Of a DNA stretch of 64,000 nt, positions 62,101 through 64,000 are shown one piece after another. The notes beneath the pieces are model-generated. The model was not told where the DNA came from. It ran no database searches and saw only the letters and a program-made list of their open reading frames with translations. Source of the stretch: Phyllosticta citribraziliensis (Eukaryota); the NCBI RefSeq assembly GCF_038025025.1, contig NW_027117341.1:186001-250000 (forward strand), read 5' to 3'. Positions within the stretch are counted from its first letter, which is position 1. Every line of letters starts with the position of its first letter. The position numbers and the translations under genes were made by a program.

Positions 62101-63968
62101 GAAATCGAATCAACTCGGGGGGGACTGAGCTTGATCAGGACTTGCAAGACTTCTCGGTCAGACGGGTCGCGGTCAGTTATCAAGCCTTGAGCGAAGGAAT
62201 CTGAGAGCGTTGAGACATGCAAGGAGACTTATACATGTATTGTCGGCCCTCTACATTGAGCAAAGGCTGCGGTTCCCTAGCACTCGGCAGGAGAGGAGGG
62301 CAAAGAAAGGATGGTTGCAAGCGTGTCCTTGGTCACGTTGCTTCCGGGAGCAGAGCGCCTCAAGAAATACGTCAAGGAAAAGATGGTGCCTTCTAGGAAC
62401 GGCCGCGCATGGACAAGAGGCCAGAGATTGCAGGGGTTGCTTTTTGGTGCTAGCGGTCCCGCGTGCCGTCCGTCGGCGGGCCAGAGGTTTCGGCGAGCAA
62501 TGGATGGCCAAGGTGGGCGTGTGGACGGCGAGGGTGAAGACTGGCGCCAATTTCGCGAACGTGCAGAGCCCGCGGAATGGCGTACCGGGCGAACAAAGGC
62601 GGGCGCGATTCACCTGTTTGCCCGTGGAGGTGGACGATGCCGAAACCGAGGGGAGAGAGTGAGACCAGTCTTGAGGGGGGAATGATGCAGTCTGGATAGA
62701 GCAATGGCGTCAAAACCGGGCAGCTGGGCAGAGGTGGGATTGGCCGGGTCTAGAGAAGAAGCTTGATGGGTGTCTGAATATGCAAGGAGAAGATCGGATG
62801 CAGACTGAGTCGCGGTTGTGGTGGTCGCGGTGGTGGTGGTGGTGGTAGTGCAGCAGTCAGGCTGCCAGGGCTTATGGCATGAAAACACTTACACAGTCAG
62901 CTGTAAGCTTTCACTGAGTCAGCCCGGCAGCAGGCGATGGCGGTACAGATCTGGCGCAAGCTGGTCCGGAGCGAGGCGAGGACGACGAGAAATTGCTCCA
63001 GGCCGTGAGGGTGCGGCTCTGCTGTGCGCGTTGGAGTCCTCAGCCGTCAGTGATCAAGGGTCGACCGGGGGGTGGACCGCCAAGCCACGCGCCTAAACAG
63101 CCTGACGGAAGACAAAGCAGACGTCTGGCGGGATTGACAGAAAGGGGCCGAGGCGCCCTAGGCTGAACACAGGCCGGCTAGGCTGGAGGAGTGGTGATGG
63201 AGGAGGAGGAGGAGGTGGTGGTGATGATGTTGGAATGCCCCGGTGGGCCTGAGCGCTGAATCACAATCCGGAGGCGCCGGGCGATTGACGGCGAGGGCAG
63301 AGTAAACAAACGGGAGGTGATGCGAACGGGATCCGCGGGGAGGGGGGTTGGATGAGGAGTTGATTGGACCTTTTTGGATTTTCTTGTTTCGAGAAGGGGG
63401 GGCTGAAGGGGGTTTCGTCCAAAGGAGGGAGGGGGAAAAACTGGATGGCGTACGCGAGCAGCTTTTGCAGCAGCTTTGGTATGTATGGAGGAGAGGGCAG
63501 GGAGGGAAGGGCATATATCATCGTCATCAACAGCGCTCGGGCATGGGATGGGGTTGCGTGAAGAAGGCCGTGCAAAGAAGCCCTGGACTGGAGTGGACTA
63601 GGACCCTTCGATTCAGCACCTGGCAGGCGGAGCGGGCGCTGGAGCCCTGGGCTGGGCTGGTTGGATGGCGCGCATGGCAGCCAATGCCCGGGTGCTGAGC
63701 TGTGCTGTGCTGTGCTGAGCCTCGCCCTGCTTGGGGTGGGTGCTGCGGCCATCCAAGGAGCGGACCCGAGGCGGCGGACGCGTCCTGTCCTGTACGGTAC
63801 GGTACATGGCATGGCATGGCTCTCGGAGCGTGGGAGGGACGGCTGTACTGTATGTAGTAGTAGTCATTCAGTCATGGCAGCAGGGCAGGCGGGCCGTCGA
63901 TGGCGTTTGGCTTGCCTGGGTTGATGGGCTTGGGCGCAGACATGGGCCGGGGTCTGGGGATGCGGCCT

Positions 63969-64000
<32 letters not shown>

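Noticed and set aside
1..64000. Transposons, Starship captain, CRISPR arrays, rRNA, secondary-metabolite core genes
   Set aside because: No transposase, RT, integrase or tyrosine-recombinase motifs, terminal repeats, spacer arrays or PKS/NRPS domains were seen.

Overview
Eukaryotic DNA from a filamentous ascomycete. Evidence: short GT-AG introns with CTRAC-type branch points, HET genes and medA; a Dothideomycete origin is inference only. The conserved, GC-rich backbone carries an RBM26/27-like RNA-binding protein, EF-2, BMS1, a Whi5/Nrm1-like repressor, ACH1, a CTK2-like cyclin, IMP2, an MCH1-like MFS, TMS1/Serinc and medA. Two visibly less GC-biased accessory blocks interrupt it. Block 1 (about 14.9-22.8 kb) is the most interesting. 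A HET-6-like gene sits between two co-oriented paralogues with a TDP2-like EEP fold. Both have lost the catalytic His residues, share an intron position and start with mitochondrial-presequence-like N-termini. The HET gene is followed by a degenerate second copy of its own 3' end, and a divergent Skp1-like gene, a Macro-domain gene and a methyltransferase-like gene lie just upstream. Block 2 (about 37.4-45.1 kb) starts with an atypical tRNA-like gene and holds an F-box-like protein, a PPxY/coiled-coil/tail-anchor protein and a second (TOL-like) HET gene. No transposon or CRISPR array was seen. Family calls come from motifs recognised by eye and exon boundaries were read by hand; no searches were run.
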